DNA of 64,000 nt from Gemmatimonadota bacterium (lineage in GTDB: Bacteria > Gemmatimonadota > Gemmatimonadetes > Palauibacterales > KS3-K002). The notes beneath the pieces are model-generated. The model ran no database searches. It had not been told where the DNA came from and was given only the letters and a program-made list of their open reading frames with translations. This document shows positions 9,819-18,027 of this stretch, piece by piece. Where the stretch lies: the NCBI GenBank assembly GCA_039586755.1, contig JBDHJU010000029.1:3007-67006 (forward strand), given 5' to 3'. How positions within the stretch are numbered: position 1 is the first letter of the stretch; every line of letters begins with the position of its first letter. Both the position numbers and the translations under genes were made by a program.

Positions 9819-10373
9819 ATGAGCCCGACCAATACCGCCGGAACGGCGGAGCCGCGTTGCCGTGGAACTTACGACGCCCTGTTGAAACAGTGCGACCAGT
9901 TGCAGGAGCTGGCCGCCGAAAACGACGAACGACTGTTCTACCGGGCCGAGAAGGTCTCGACCTGGAGCGTTGCCGAACAGCTCGAGCACATCGCGCGGGC
10001 CACGCAGCTCATGGCCGGCGCCATCGAGAAGGCGTTGCAGCCTGAGACCGCCGGCTCTGGCCGCCCGTCGCTGGTTGGCCGAGCTGTGCTCTTCACCGGC
10101 TGGATTCCTAGAGGAGTCGGGAAGGTGCCGGCGTCGACCGAGCCGGAATCGGCTTCGAAAGAGCAGCTGGGCAGCCTGCTGGCCGATGCCCGTCGGGCGC
10201 TCGACCGCTTGACGTCCCGGCTGCCGGAGATCGACGGCGCTCCGGGCCGCGTCAATCACTTCGCGTTCGGTGACCTGACGCCGCGCCAGTGGCTGAGCGT
10301 CATCGACATTCACACCCGGCATCACCTGAAGATCATTCGCGATATCCAGAGCGCCCCCGGGTCACCGTGGTAG
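9819..10373 (+). CDS. DinB/YfiT-like (DinB_2/DUF1569) metal-dependent four-helix-bundle protein
   Basis: About 180 aa, with a conserved His-containing helix ...LSVIDIHTRHHLKIIRDI, and EQLEHIARATQL earlier. The size and pattern fit the DinB_2 family. Confidence 0.65.
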   Translation: MSPTNTAGTAEPRCRGTYDALLKQCDQLQELAAENDERLFYRAEKVSTWSVAEQLEHIARATQLMAGAIEKALQPETAGSGRPSLVGRAVLFTGWIPRGVGKVPASTEPESASKEQLGSLLADARRALDRLTSRLPEIDGAPGRVNHFAFGDLTPRQWLSVIDIHTRHHLKIIRDIQSAPGSPW

Positions 10374-10410
10374 AGCGGACCCTCGCCGCGTTTTCTTGCC
10401 TAACGATTAT

Positions 10411-10419
10411 TGTTATAAT
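10411..10419 (+). promoter_or_regulatory. Extended -10 promoter element TGtTATAAT (putative sigma70-type), TSS near 10426
   Basis: tgTTATAAT at 10411-10419 sits in an AT-rich patch (ttgcctaacgattattgttataattag) that is unusual for this GC-rich genome. A weak -35 (TTTTCT) lies 17 bp upstream. Confidence 0.45.
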
Positions 10420-10701
10420 TAGCTTGTGCGCTGGCCCCTCCCGTTGATACGCGAGGCTAATCGTATGGCTGCTAGACGCGTGAGGAGGAGCCGACCCCAC
10501 CGCACCCTGACCCTCCGTGGGACGTGGGGCTGTCCATTGACGAAGAGCCGCACCAACTGGTGTTACCGTATGTGCGAGCCGGTGAATGGGTTAGGGGTCT
10601 GTGGGCGGGTAGCGCCCCACACCCTGAGGGGCCGCACCGACCTGGCTATCGAGAAACATCTGATGCAGAGCAGATAGCCGGCCCTTTGACGATACAACAG
10701 A

Positions 10702-10743
10702 CGCCCCGCAGTTCGATCCGAGCTGCGGGGCGTTTTCTTTTCG
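10702..10743 (+). terminator. Rho-independent terminator
   Basis: CGCCCCGCAG-11 nt loop-CTGCGGGGCG is a perfect 10-bp GC-rich stem, followed by TTTTCTTTTCG. It lies about 190 bp upstream of the cytochrome gene start. Confidence 0.7.
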
Positions 10744-10933
10744 ATTTGGGTTGCCGCTGCAAGACCGGGCCCTAGATTACACTTGCTTTTCCGAGAAAGA
10801 TGTGACGTGCCTGGCCGATGGCACGCCATGCTGTTCCTGTGCGTTCGCCTGCGATGATTGGGAGCGGTGGACGCGGCGGAGGGCGGTGTGAGGCGAGCGC
10901 ATGGGCGACCTCATCGGACGGAGGGATGCTTCC

Positions 10934-13042
10934 ATGCGCCGGCCCAGCTGGAGCCGCAGGAGCGGCTACCTCATCGCGATCACCTCGGCCCTCTTGACCC
11001 TCAACACGTGCGGCGGCGGAGACGGTGGTGGAATCACCAACGTCATCACCGTGCCTACGAACATGGGGCCCGATGGTGGCACCCTGACGTTCGAGGGTGG
11101 CGACGTCACGGTGGTGTTTCCTGCCGGCGCAGTGTCGAGAGAGATCAAGGTCACCTGTGCGGAAGCAACCAGCTACCCCCAGGACGCTCGCGTCGTCGGC
11201 GGCGCGGTGTACCAGTTCGGGCCCGCCGGCACCAACTTCGCCCTCCCGGTCCAGCTGACCGTCAGGTATGACGAGAGCGGGGTGTCGGGCGGCGTTCGCG
11301 AAAACGAGCTTCGCCTGTTCGAGGCCGTAGGCTCGAATTGGGACGAGGTCGGTGGAAGCGCTGCTAACACGGTAGCCAACCAGGTGAGCGGTGCGATCGA
11401 CGGCTTCAGCACCTACGGCGTCCTCGGCGTCCCGGTGTCCTCGGTCGAGCTGGATGCCTACGAGAAGACGCTCCATATCGGCTGGGACCACGAGTTCCAG
11501 GCTACGCCCAAGGACGCCGACGGGAACCCGCTGCCCGACCGCCCGGTCGGCTGGTCGACCTCGAACCCCGCCGTCGCCACCCTCGCCCCGGAGCCGCCGG
11601 GCGTGGTCGTCGGTCTGAGGGGAGGTCGCGCGACGATCAGCGCTACCAGTGAAGATGTGGTCGTCGATGCGGACGTGACGGTGGAGGGTGACCCGTTCGG
11701 CCTCTACGGTTACATAGACATATTCGAAAAGGTGACGCCGTGCGCCGGCTGTCACTCGACACAGCACTTGAGTTGGGTGTCGACGCTCCACTCGGTCGCC
11801 TGGGGCGGTCTGCAGGCGAGCGCCTCCGTCCAACCGATGTGCGAGGGCTGCCACTCGGTGTCGGAGCGCGGCAATACGATAGAGGAGCCGGCCGGCCACG
11901 ACTTGGAGCCCGTCGAAGAGTTTACCGACGTGCAGTGCGAGTCGTGCCACGGAGCTGGCCCCGAGCACTGGCTGGGTCTCCCCGGCCCGGCCCCGCTGGC
12001 GCCGATCGCCGTCGGCCCAGAGCTCCCGAAGGGCTGCGGTGAATGCCACACCGGCACTCACCATCCTTACGTCGACCAGTGGAGCCAGTCGCGACACGCC
12101 ACCGTGCCTGCACAGGAGGGTTCGGCCGGCTCGATGCCGACCTGCATGGCGTGCCACGAGGGCAAGGCGGCGTTGGCGGAGAAGTTCTTCGAATCGACGG
12201 CTTACCTGGAGGAGGGCGACGGCGAGAACCAGCCCATCGTCTGTTCCGTCTGTCACGACCCGCACGGCTCGTTCTTCTCCGCCGATCTGCGCGCCGATGT
12301 CGCCGATCACTCGTTCGAGAACAACCTCTGTGTCAGGTGTCACGCTCGTCGCGGGTCGCCGCCCAGCCAGTTCGGCCCGCACGCGGCCCAGGGGCCAGTG
12401 GTATTGGGCTACAACGTCGGTTGGTGGCCCGGTGAGCCATTGATGCTGGGGCCCAGCGCACACGGAGACGAAATGAACGAGCGACTGTGCGCGACCTGCC
12501 ACGTCTCGGCATTCGAAGTCCTGGACCCGAACAGCGAGTTCGTCTTTCGGTCGGTGGGCCATCTCTTCACGGCGCTCACGTGCTTGGACCCCGAAGGAGT
12601 GCCCTGGCCCGGCCCGTGCGAGATCTTCGAGCGCGACTTCAGCGCCTGCGTGCCCTGCCACTTCAGTGCCGACGAGGCGCTGCAGCTCTATCTGGGCCTT
12701 CAGGGAGAGCTGCATTTCTACCTCGACTCGCTCTGGCTGGACACCGATGGCGACCATGTCATCGACGCGTCGGATCGTGGCCTGCTTCCGCGTGTAGTCG
12801 GACTGGGTGACCCGTTCGAGCTCGACATCACCGACGACGTGGTCACGGTGGCCGAGGGGGCGCTGTGGAACGCGCAGCTCGCCTTCACCACGGACCGCCC
12901 CTACTTCGGCGACGGCCAGGTGTTTGGGACTACGTTCTCCACATCTCCCAGCAGCGGCAACGGGATCCACAACCCCGTTCTGTTGCGCACGCTGCTCCAG
13001 ACTTCGATCGAAGCGGTGGTCGCTACTTACTTCAGCCAGTGA
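10934..13042 (+). CDS. Multiheme c-type cytochrome (9 CxxCH) lipoprotein/secreted protein with Big_2 bacterial Ig-like domain
   Basis: Signal peptide/lipobox-like LIAITSALLTLNTCGGGDGG. A Big_2-like segment (GWSTSNPAVATLAPEPPGVVVGLRGGRATISATSEDVVVDADVTV). Nine heme-binding motifs: CAGCH, CEGCH, CESCH, CGECH, CMACH, CSVCH, CVRCH, CATCH and CVPCH. Confidence 0.85.
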   Translation: MRRPSWSRRSGYLIAITSALLTLNTCGGGDGGGITNVITVPTNMGPDGGTLTFEGGDVTVVFPAGAVSREIKVTCAEATSYPQDARVVGGAVYQFGPAGTNFALPVQLTVRYDESGVSGGVRENELRLFEAVGSNWDEVGGSAANTVANQVSGAIDGFSTYGVLGVPVSSVELDAYEKTLHIGWDHEFQATPKDADGNPLPDRPVGWSTSNPAVATLAPEPPGVVVGLRGGRATISATSEDVVVDADVTVEGDPFGLYGYIDIFEKVTPCAGCHSTQHLSWVSTLHSVAWGGLQASASVQPMCEGCHSVSERGNTIEEPAGHDLEPVEEFTDVQCESCHGAGPEHWLGLPGPAPLAPIAVGPELPKGCGECHTGTHHPYVDQWSQSRHATVPAQEGSAGSMPTCMACHEGKAALAEKFFESTAYLEEGDGENQPIVCSVCHDPHGSFFSADLRADVADHSFENNLCVRCHARRGSPPSQFGPHAAQGPVVLGYNVGWWPGEPLMLGPSAHGDEMNERLCATCHVSAFEVLDPNSEFVFRSVGHLFTALTCLDPEGVPWPGPCEIFERDFSACVPCHFSADEALQLYLGLQGELHFYLDSLWLDTDGDHVIDASDRGLLPRVVGLGDPFELDITDDVVTVAEGALWNAQLAFTTDRPYFGDGQVFGTTFSTSPSSGNGIHNPVLLRTLLQTSIEAVVATYFSQ

Positions 13043-13065
13043 CTAGGTCTGAACAGGGGGACAAG

Positions 13066-13659
13066 GTGAGCGGCGAAAAGGGACACGACGAAGACGCCAT
13101 TGTCATCGACCCGCGTCGGCGTGATGAGATCCTGCGCGAGCTGAGGGAGCAAAGCGGCGAGAAGGCGGTCCGCGAGTACATAGTCGACGAATCGGTGGAC
13201 CGCCTATCGAAGGCCAAACCAGACGATGTCCAGGAAATAGCGACAGCTTCGATGCGCCTTCTCAACGCTTACCACAATGAAGCCTTGGGTCAGTCGCGAA
13301 AGAGCTTCAATTGGGCCCTGGTTCTGGCGGCGGTGGGCTTCGGTTTCTTCTTGTTTGCGGTTGCCGTGCTGTTGTTCACAACGATTCAAGAGGTCACGCT
13401 CGTTGGTGTGGTGGGTGGCGCGATCTCCGAACTTGTCGCTGGCATCGTCTTCTACCTCTACGGTAAGAGCTCAGAACAGCTCGCTGAGTCTCAAAGTCAA
13501 CTCGATAGGACACAACGGTTTCTTCTGGCCAACAGCGTATGTAGCGCGATTGAGGGTGAGGACCGGGACAAGACACGTGCCGAGCTCGTTCGGGCTATCA
13601 GTGGAATCGTCCCGCTGCAGGACGAAAAACCGGTGGTAGATCAAGATCAGGAAGAGTGA
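13066..13659 (+). CDS. Hypothetical 2-TM membrane protein (about 197 aa; cytoplasmic N-terminal region, TM hairpin, acidic C-terminal tail), lower GC
   Basis: GTG 13066 is preceded by GGGGGA. The N-terminus is charged (IVIDPRRRDEILRELREQSGEK...). Two adjacent hydrophobic helices follow: NWALVLAAVGFGFFLFAVAVLLF and VTLVGVVGGAISELVAGIVFYLY. The tail is acidic (...PLQDEKPVVDQDQEE). GC is visibly lower than in the flanking sequence. The ORF track's 12865 start overlaps the cytochrome gene. Confidence 0.6.
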   Translation: MSGEKGHDEDAIVIDPRRRDEILRELREQSGEKAVREYIVDESVDRLSKAKPDDVQEIATASMRLLNAYHNEALGQSRKSFNWALVLAAVGFGFFLFAVAVLLFTTIQEVTLVGVVGGAISELVAGIVFYLYGKSSEQLAESQSQLDRTQRFLLANSVCSAIEGEDRDKTRAELVRAISGIVPLQDEKPVVDQDQEE

Positions 13660-13666
13660 GGGGATC

Positions 13667-14167
13667 GTGGGCAATCCGACGAATGCCGAGCTTGCCGAGC
13701 AGATCGCGGCAGTGACTCACATTACCGCGGGCAAAGTAGAGAGCATGTGTCCCGCCAAGGCCGAGAAGGACCTGCTGGTCCACCTTTTGGGGGTCGCGAG
13801 GTCAGGCAGCCGGTCGTGGAACGCCAGGGTTGCAGAATTGGAGGCGCAAGTCCGACCGCTCGCCGACCTGATCCTGAGGTTGGTGAGACACATGCACAGT
13901 CTCACCGGCCTGACGGCGTTGAGGAAGGCGGCAACAAATAGAAAGATCACCAACGATGAGCTCGCGCAAGAAATCAGGAAGTCAACGCGTCTAAGGGCGG
14001 AACAGATACATAGCGTGGCACCGCGGCGCTCCGACAAGGAGAAACTCATCGCTCTGTTGGACATTACCTACTCGCGTAAGAGCAGGGATGCCCGCAAAGC
14101 TGCGTTGAGGAGGCAGATTTCTGACCTGGCAGATGTGATCTTGAAGTTGGTCAAGCACGTCCTCTAA
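13667..14167 (+). CDS. Hypothetical helical protein composed of an internal tandem duplication (2 x ~72 aa)
   Basis: GTG start lies 8 nt after the upstream stop, preceded by GAGGGG. Repeat 1 is TNAELAEQIAAVTHITAGKVESMCPAKAEKDLLVHLLGVARSGSRSWNARVAELEAQVRPLADLILRLVRH. Repeat 2 is TNDELAQEIRKSTRLRAEQIHSVAPRRSDKEKLIALLDITYSRKSRDARKAALRRQISDLADVILKLVKH. The two align position by position. Confidence 0.6.
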   Translation: MGNPTNAELAEQIAAVTHITAGKVESMCPAKAEKDLLVHLLGVARSGSRSWNARVAELEAQVRPLADLILRLVRHMHSLTGLTALRKAATNRKITNDELAQEIRKSTRLRAEQIHSVAPRRSDKEKLIALLDITYSRKSRDARKAALRRQISDLADVILKLVKHVL

Positions 14168-14316
14168 TCGACCAAGCTCCCCGGGCTGGACCCAACCTTG
14201 ACCTCGGCCCGGACCTCCGCCTTCACCCCGAGGTAGCCTGTTGACCGAAACAGCGGAGTGTTAATATCGGGCCTCGAGAAACAGGTCCGCCGATCCCCGA
14301 CTAGAAGGGACTCACC

Positions 14317-14871
14317 ATGTCCGCACGGATCTCGCGCACGCTGTGGCTGCTCGCCGTACTCGTGACCACCGCAACGGTTTGGCCACATCCAGTTGCAGCT
14401 CAGACTGGGGCAGGGTCCGGCGCGACAAGGCAGCACGAAGTGGGTTTCTTTCTGGGCGGGTTCTATACCCAGAACAAGCTGCCGCTCAACGCCGGCTTCA
14501 ATACCGGCTTCCGATACGCCTACGGTGCCTTCCAGAAGGTCTGGCTGGAGCTCGAGAGCGGATTGACCTTCACGAACGATGCCGAGACCGATGGTCTCCT
14601 TGGCCATGCTCAGCTGCAAGTACGCTGGCATCCGTTGCGCTCGTTGAGGCCCGTCGATCCCTTCCTGCTGGTCGGGGCGGGAGCGGCCGGCTACAACACG
14701 GTCAGCGGTAGCGAGAGTACTCCGGTCATCGTCCTGGGAATCGGCGTCGAGTTGCAGTGGCTGGAGGGCGTGGGCTTCCGCCTGGACGCGGGCGACTTCT
14801 GGCTGACTGACATGTTGGGCGAATCATCCCACAACTTTCGCGTAAACTGGGGTCCGGCCTTCTGGTTCTGA
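14317..14871 (+). CDS. Outer-membrane beta-barrel protein (OmpA-like/OMP_b-brl family)
   Basis: Signal peptide MSARISRTLWLLAVLVTTATVWPHPVAAQ. The sequence shows alternating hydrophobic beta-strand patterns, Gly/aromatic-rich segments and a C-terminal ...GPAFWF with terminal Phe. An upstream promoter-like TTGACC...TGtTAATAT sits at about 14255-14285. Confidence 0.7.
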   Translation: MSARISRTLWLLAVLVTTATVWPHPVAAQTGAGSGATRQHEVGFFLGGFYTQNKLPLNAGFNTGFRYAYGAFQKVWLELESGLTFTNDAETDGLLGHAQLQVRWHPLRSLRPVDPFLLVGAGAAGYNTVSGSESTPVIVLGIGVELQWLEGVGFRLDAGDFWLTDMLGESSHNFRVNWGPAFWF

Positions 14872-14914
14872 GTCTAGCCGCGCCTGCGGCAGCTACGACA
14901 ATCCGTGTAGCCCT

Positions 14915-16348
14915 ATGGCATCCGACGCACACGACGTCCGATACATCTGCCTCTCCGATCTCCACCTCGGTGAGCCGGACAGCATCCTCACACCCCTCAT
15001 GCCGACTAGCCACGAGGTCGACCCTTCCAGGGTGGGACCCGTGCTCGAGCAATTGGTCCTCTGTCTCGAGCAGGTGGTCGAGAGGAATCGCGGCGACCGG
15101 CGTCCCATACTCATCCTCAACGGCGACGTTCTCGAGCTCGCCTTCGGCACCTTCAGCCAGGCGCTGACCAACTTCGAGCGACTGGCCGGACTGCTGCTCG
15201 AGCGCGAGCTGTTCGAGAAGCTGGTCTACATCCCCGGCAACCACGACCATCACATCTGGGAGGTCGCCCGCGAGACGCAGTACGGGATTACGCTCGCCGG
15301 CCGTAGATCGGGCCAAGGCGGCCTGCCGCCGCTTCGGCATGTGACATCGCTCAGCCTCGAGGAGGCCGTCCCCGCCTTCCTGCTGGGCAAGATCATCGAG
15401 GGGATCCACCCGCCGCATGGCCCGGAAGATGAAGGCCACGAAGTCCTCGTCGTCTACCCGAACCTGGCCCTGTTCGATGAGTCGAGGGACCGGGGCGTCC
15501 TGTTTCATCACGGCCATTACGTCGAGCCGCTATACCATTTCTTCAGCAAGCTCAGGCGCTGGTTATTCCCCGACCGCCCGCAGGCGCAGACTATCGATGA
15601 GATCGAGGAGGAGAACTTCGCCTGGATCGAGTTCGTCTGGTCGCTGCTCGGTCGTTCGGGCGGCGCCGGCGCCGACATGCGCCTGCTTTATCGCATGTTC
15701 CGCACTCCCGACGAGTACGAGGCCTTCGCCGATGCGCTGGCCAAACGATCCGTCGCTGTGATCGACCTGCCGTGGATTCCGGGCGACAAGCTGGAGCGCC
15801 TGGCGCTAAAAAAGCTCTTTACCTGGGTGGGCCCGAAGCTTTCCGGCGAGCGATCCAAACGCCAGGTCGTTGAATCGCCGGAGCTGCGGAGCGGGATCGA
15901 GACTTATCTCTTCGGCCCGGCGTACAAGCAGATGCGCGACGAACTGGGCCACGTGCCCGAGGACCTGACCTTTGTGTTCGGACATACCCACAAGCCGTTC
16001 GAGGACGTCTTCGACGATCCATCCGGGAACGGCCAGGTCAAAGTCTTCAACACGGGAGGCTGGCCCATCGACTCGATAGAGCCCAGCAACGCGATGGGTG
16101 CTTCGATGCTCTTCTTGAACGAGAGGCTCGATGTCGCCTGCCTGCGCATCTTCAACGATGGGGAAGAGGGAGGGGAAGTGACTCTGGAGGTTCGCGGGCC
16201 CAAGGGAGCTGGGGACGGCGATGAATTTTGCGCGTCACTCGAGGAGTGCGTGACCGGCACGGCGGGCGAGCCCTGGCAGGAGCTGGAGGCGCGCATACAC
16301 AAGGCGATCGCGCGCCGGCGGCGCGACCTGCGGGAGGAACCACATTGA
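14915..16348 (+). CDS. Metallophosphoesterase (calcineurin-like phosphoesterase) family protein
   Basis: Motifs ICLSDLHLG, ILNGDVLE and GNHDHH are the characteristic metallophosphoesterase metal-binding signatures. Confidence 0.8.
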   Translation: MASDAHDVRYICLSDLHLGEPDSILTPLMPTSHEVDPSRVGPVLEQLVLCLEQVVERNRGDRRPILILNGDVLELAFGTFSQALTNFERLAGLLLERELFEKLVYIPGNHDHHIWEVARETQYGITLAGRRSGQGGLPPLRHVTSLSLEEAVPAFLLGKIIEGIHPPHGPEDEGHEVLVVYPNLALFDESRDRGVLFHHGHYVEPLYHFFSKLRRWLFPDRPQAQTIDEIEEENFAWIEFVWSLLGRSGGAGADMRLLYRMFRTPDEYEAFADALAKRSVAVIDLPWIPGDKLERLALKKLFTWVGPKLSGERSKRQVVESPELRSGIETYLFGPAYKQMRDELGHVPEDLTFVFGHTHKPFEDVFDDPSGNGQVKVFNTGGWPIDSIEPSNAMGASMLFLNERLDVACLRIFNDGEEGGEVTLEVRGPKGAGDGDEFCASLEECVTGTAGEPWQELEARIHKAIARRRRDLREEPH

Positions 16349-17133
16349 AACTGCTGGCCGAGCTCGATGCGGCGAGCTGCCGGGCGATGATCGGCGTCGC
16401 CTTCGATATCGACGACACCGTCACGCGCGCCGGGCGTCTCGAGCTCGCCGCCTTTCAAGCGATGCACGAGCTCGGCGGGTCCGGCCTGCACCTCGTCGCC
16501 GTTACCGGGCGACCGCTGGGCTGGGTTGACGTCGTAGCGAACCACTGGCCCGTCGATGCCGCTGTCGGCGAGAACGGCGCCGGCTGGGTGTGGCGCGACG
16601 GTGAAACGCCGCGGGAAGGTTACTTCGAGCCCGAGGAAAAGCGGCGCGCCTACCCCGAGCTCTTCGAGCGCGTGCGCAGCCGCGTCGCCGCAGAACTGCC
16701 GCACGTCAGGCCGGCCCTCGACCAGCGAGCCCGCCGCTGCGACCTCGCCTTCGACGTCGGCGAAACGGTTAAGCTACCGACTGCGGAGATAGAGGCGCTG
16801 GTCGACCTCATCGAGGCCGAGGGCGCGCGTAGCGCTGTCTCCAGCGTCCACGCCCACGCCATACCCGGCGACTGGGACAAGGCACGCGGGATCGAGCGGG
16901 CGGTGCGAGATGCGCTGGGCCTCGACGCTGATGCGCACAGGGAGCGCTGGCTATTCATCGGCGACAGCGGCAACGACGCCGCCGCGTTCGAGTACTTCCC
17001 GCTGAGCGTCGGGGTGAGCAACGTCCGCGACTACGTGTCGCGACTGACAGTCCCACCACGTTTTGTCACTGATAAGGATCGGGGCAGAGGTTTCGCCGAG
17101 ATGGCGGAGCACTTGCTGGAGGCACGACGATGA
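16345..17133 (+). CDS. HAD-superfamily hydrolase (Cof/HAD-IIB-like phosphatase)
   Basis: Motif I is AFDIDDTVT and the C-terminal motif is FIGDSGNDAAAFE. The start is either TTG 16345, which overlaps the upstream TGA as TTGA, or ATG 16387 (MIGVAFDIDDT). It is translationally coupled to the upstream gene. Confidence 0.75.
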   Translation: MKLLAELDAASCRAMIGVAFDIDDTVTRAGRLELAAFQAMHELGGSGLHLVAVTGRPLGWVDVVANHWPVDAAVGENGAGWVWRDGETPREGYFEPEEKRRAYPELFERVRSRVAAELPHVRPALDQRARRCDLAFDVGETVKLPTAEIEALVDLIEAEGARSAVSSVHAHAIPGDWDKARGIERAVRDALGLDADAHRERWLFIGDSGNDAAAFEYFPLSVGVSNVRDYVSRLTVPPRFVTDKDRGRGFAEMAEHLLEARR

Positions 17134-17723
17134 GAAGAGGTCGATGCCTGGCGATCGGTCCCATCCTAGCGGTTGCACTGTGCGTGGCCGAAACGGCATC
17201 GGCTCAGCGGCCGCTCCCCCAAGCGCCCGACTCGCTCGCCGCCGAGTTCCAAACCGCCATTCGCGTCGCCGCCTGGAGCGCCGCGGCGCGGCGCATGCAC
17301 CCCGAAGCCCTGGAACGCATCCGTCAGCGCATCGAAGTCCTGGTAGAGGCCGACACGACGGGCAAGGTCATCGCCGGCATCTTCGGGGACATGAGCGAGG
17401 CCGAGTACCAAGAGCTCGCATCGACCGAAGTTTTCGTCGCCCTGATGGAGGCGATCAGCCGTCACATGTTCGGGTTGCTCTACTACCTGACGATCGAGGA
17501 GATCGAGGTGCTCGGGACGGTCGAGGAGCCACCGGAACTTGCCCACGTCGTCTACCGCAGCAGCCCCCAGCTGAGCGGCGCCGTGCCCGAGGTCCGGGTG
17601 ATGACGCTCAAGAGGACCGAAGAAGGCTGGCGCGTACTCAAGAGCCCGGAGCTCGAGACGATCCGCGAGGCGGCGCGCGGGTTCATCATGCGACCGGACC
17701 CGCCCCCACCGCCGGGCTTGTAA
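17130..17723 (+). CDS. Secreted hypothetical protein (Pro-rich C-terminus)
   Basis: ATG overlaps the upstream stop as ATGA. Signal peptide MRRGRCLAIGPILAVALCVAETASAQ. Ends ...MRPDPPPPPGL. Confidence 0.6.
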   Translation: MRRGRCLAIGPILAVALCVAETASAQRPLPQAPDSLAAEFQTAIRVAAWSAAARRMHPEALERIRQRIEVLVEADTTGKVIAGIFGDMSEAEYQELASTEVFVALMEAISRHMFGLLYYLTIEEIEVLGTVEEPPELAHVVYRSSPQLSGAVPEVRVMTLKRTEEGWRVLKSPELETIREAARGFIMRPDPPPPPGL

Positions 17724-18027
17724 TTAGGGTCTGGGAGCTGAGACGGTCCCTCGGCGACCTTCAGGCGTGGTCGGCGAGGTGCTAGGGATCAGGCCGACCC
17801 CGAACTGCAGAAGCGCGTCAGGGCAGCCCGCCAAGCCATAGAACGACTGACCGCCGAATGACGCTCGTGCTTAGGGTGAGGCGGTCGCCGAGGGGTCGTT
17901 TCGCTCCATGTCGTGCGGCTCGATTGCGGGAAGGGCGGCTCCGCCGCCCCGCGCTCCGAATTGCGCTCGACGACACCCTCGGCTCCCTGCGCACCCTGGA
18001 AAGACCGCCCCTCGGCGACCCTCTCCC

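Noticed and set aside
10702-10732. tRNA/tmRNA-like T-loop (GTTCGATCC) within the hairpin
   Set aside because: The flanking stem does not form a 5-bp T-stem around a 7-nt loop. The 10-bp stem, 11-nt loop and U-tract fit an intrinsic terminator, and no acceptor or CCA context is present.
10772-12970. 732-aa ORF on the minus strand
   Set aside because: It lies entirely antisense to the multiheme cytochrome gene. It has Arg/Ala/Gly-rich, low-complexity composition typical of GC-rich shadow ORFs, and no recognisable domain.
12865-13065. Upstream in-frame extension (from ATG 12865) of the 2-TM gene overlapping the cytochrome 3' end
   Set aside because: The extension would overlap the cytochrome coding sequence by 178 nt in another frame. 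GTG 13066, with an upstream GGGGGA just after the cytochrome stop, is more plausible.
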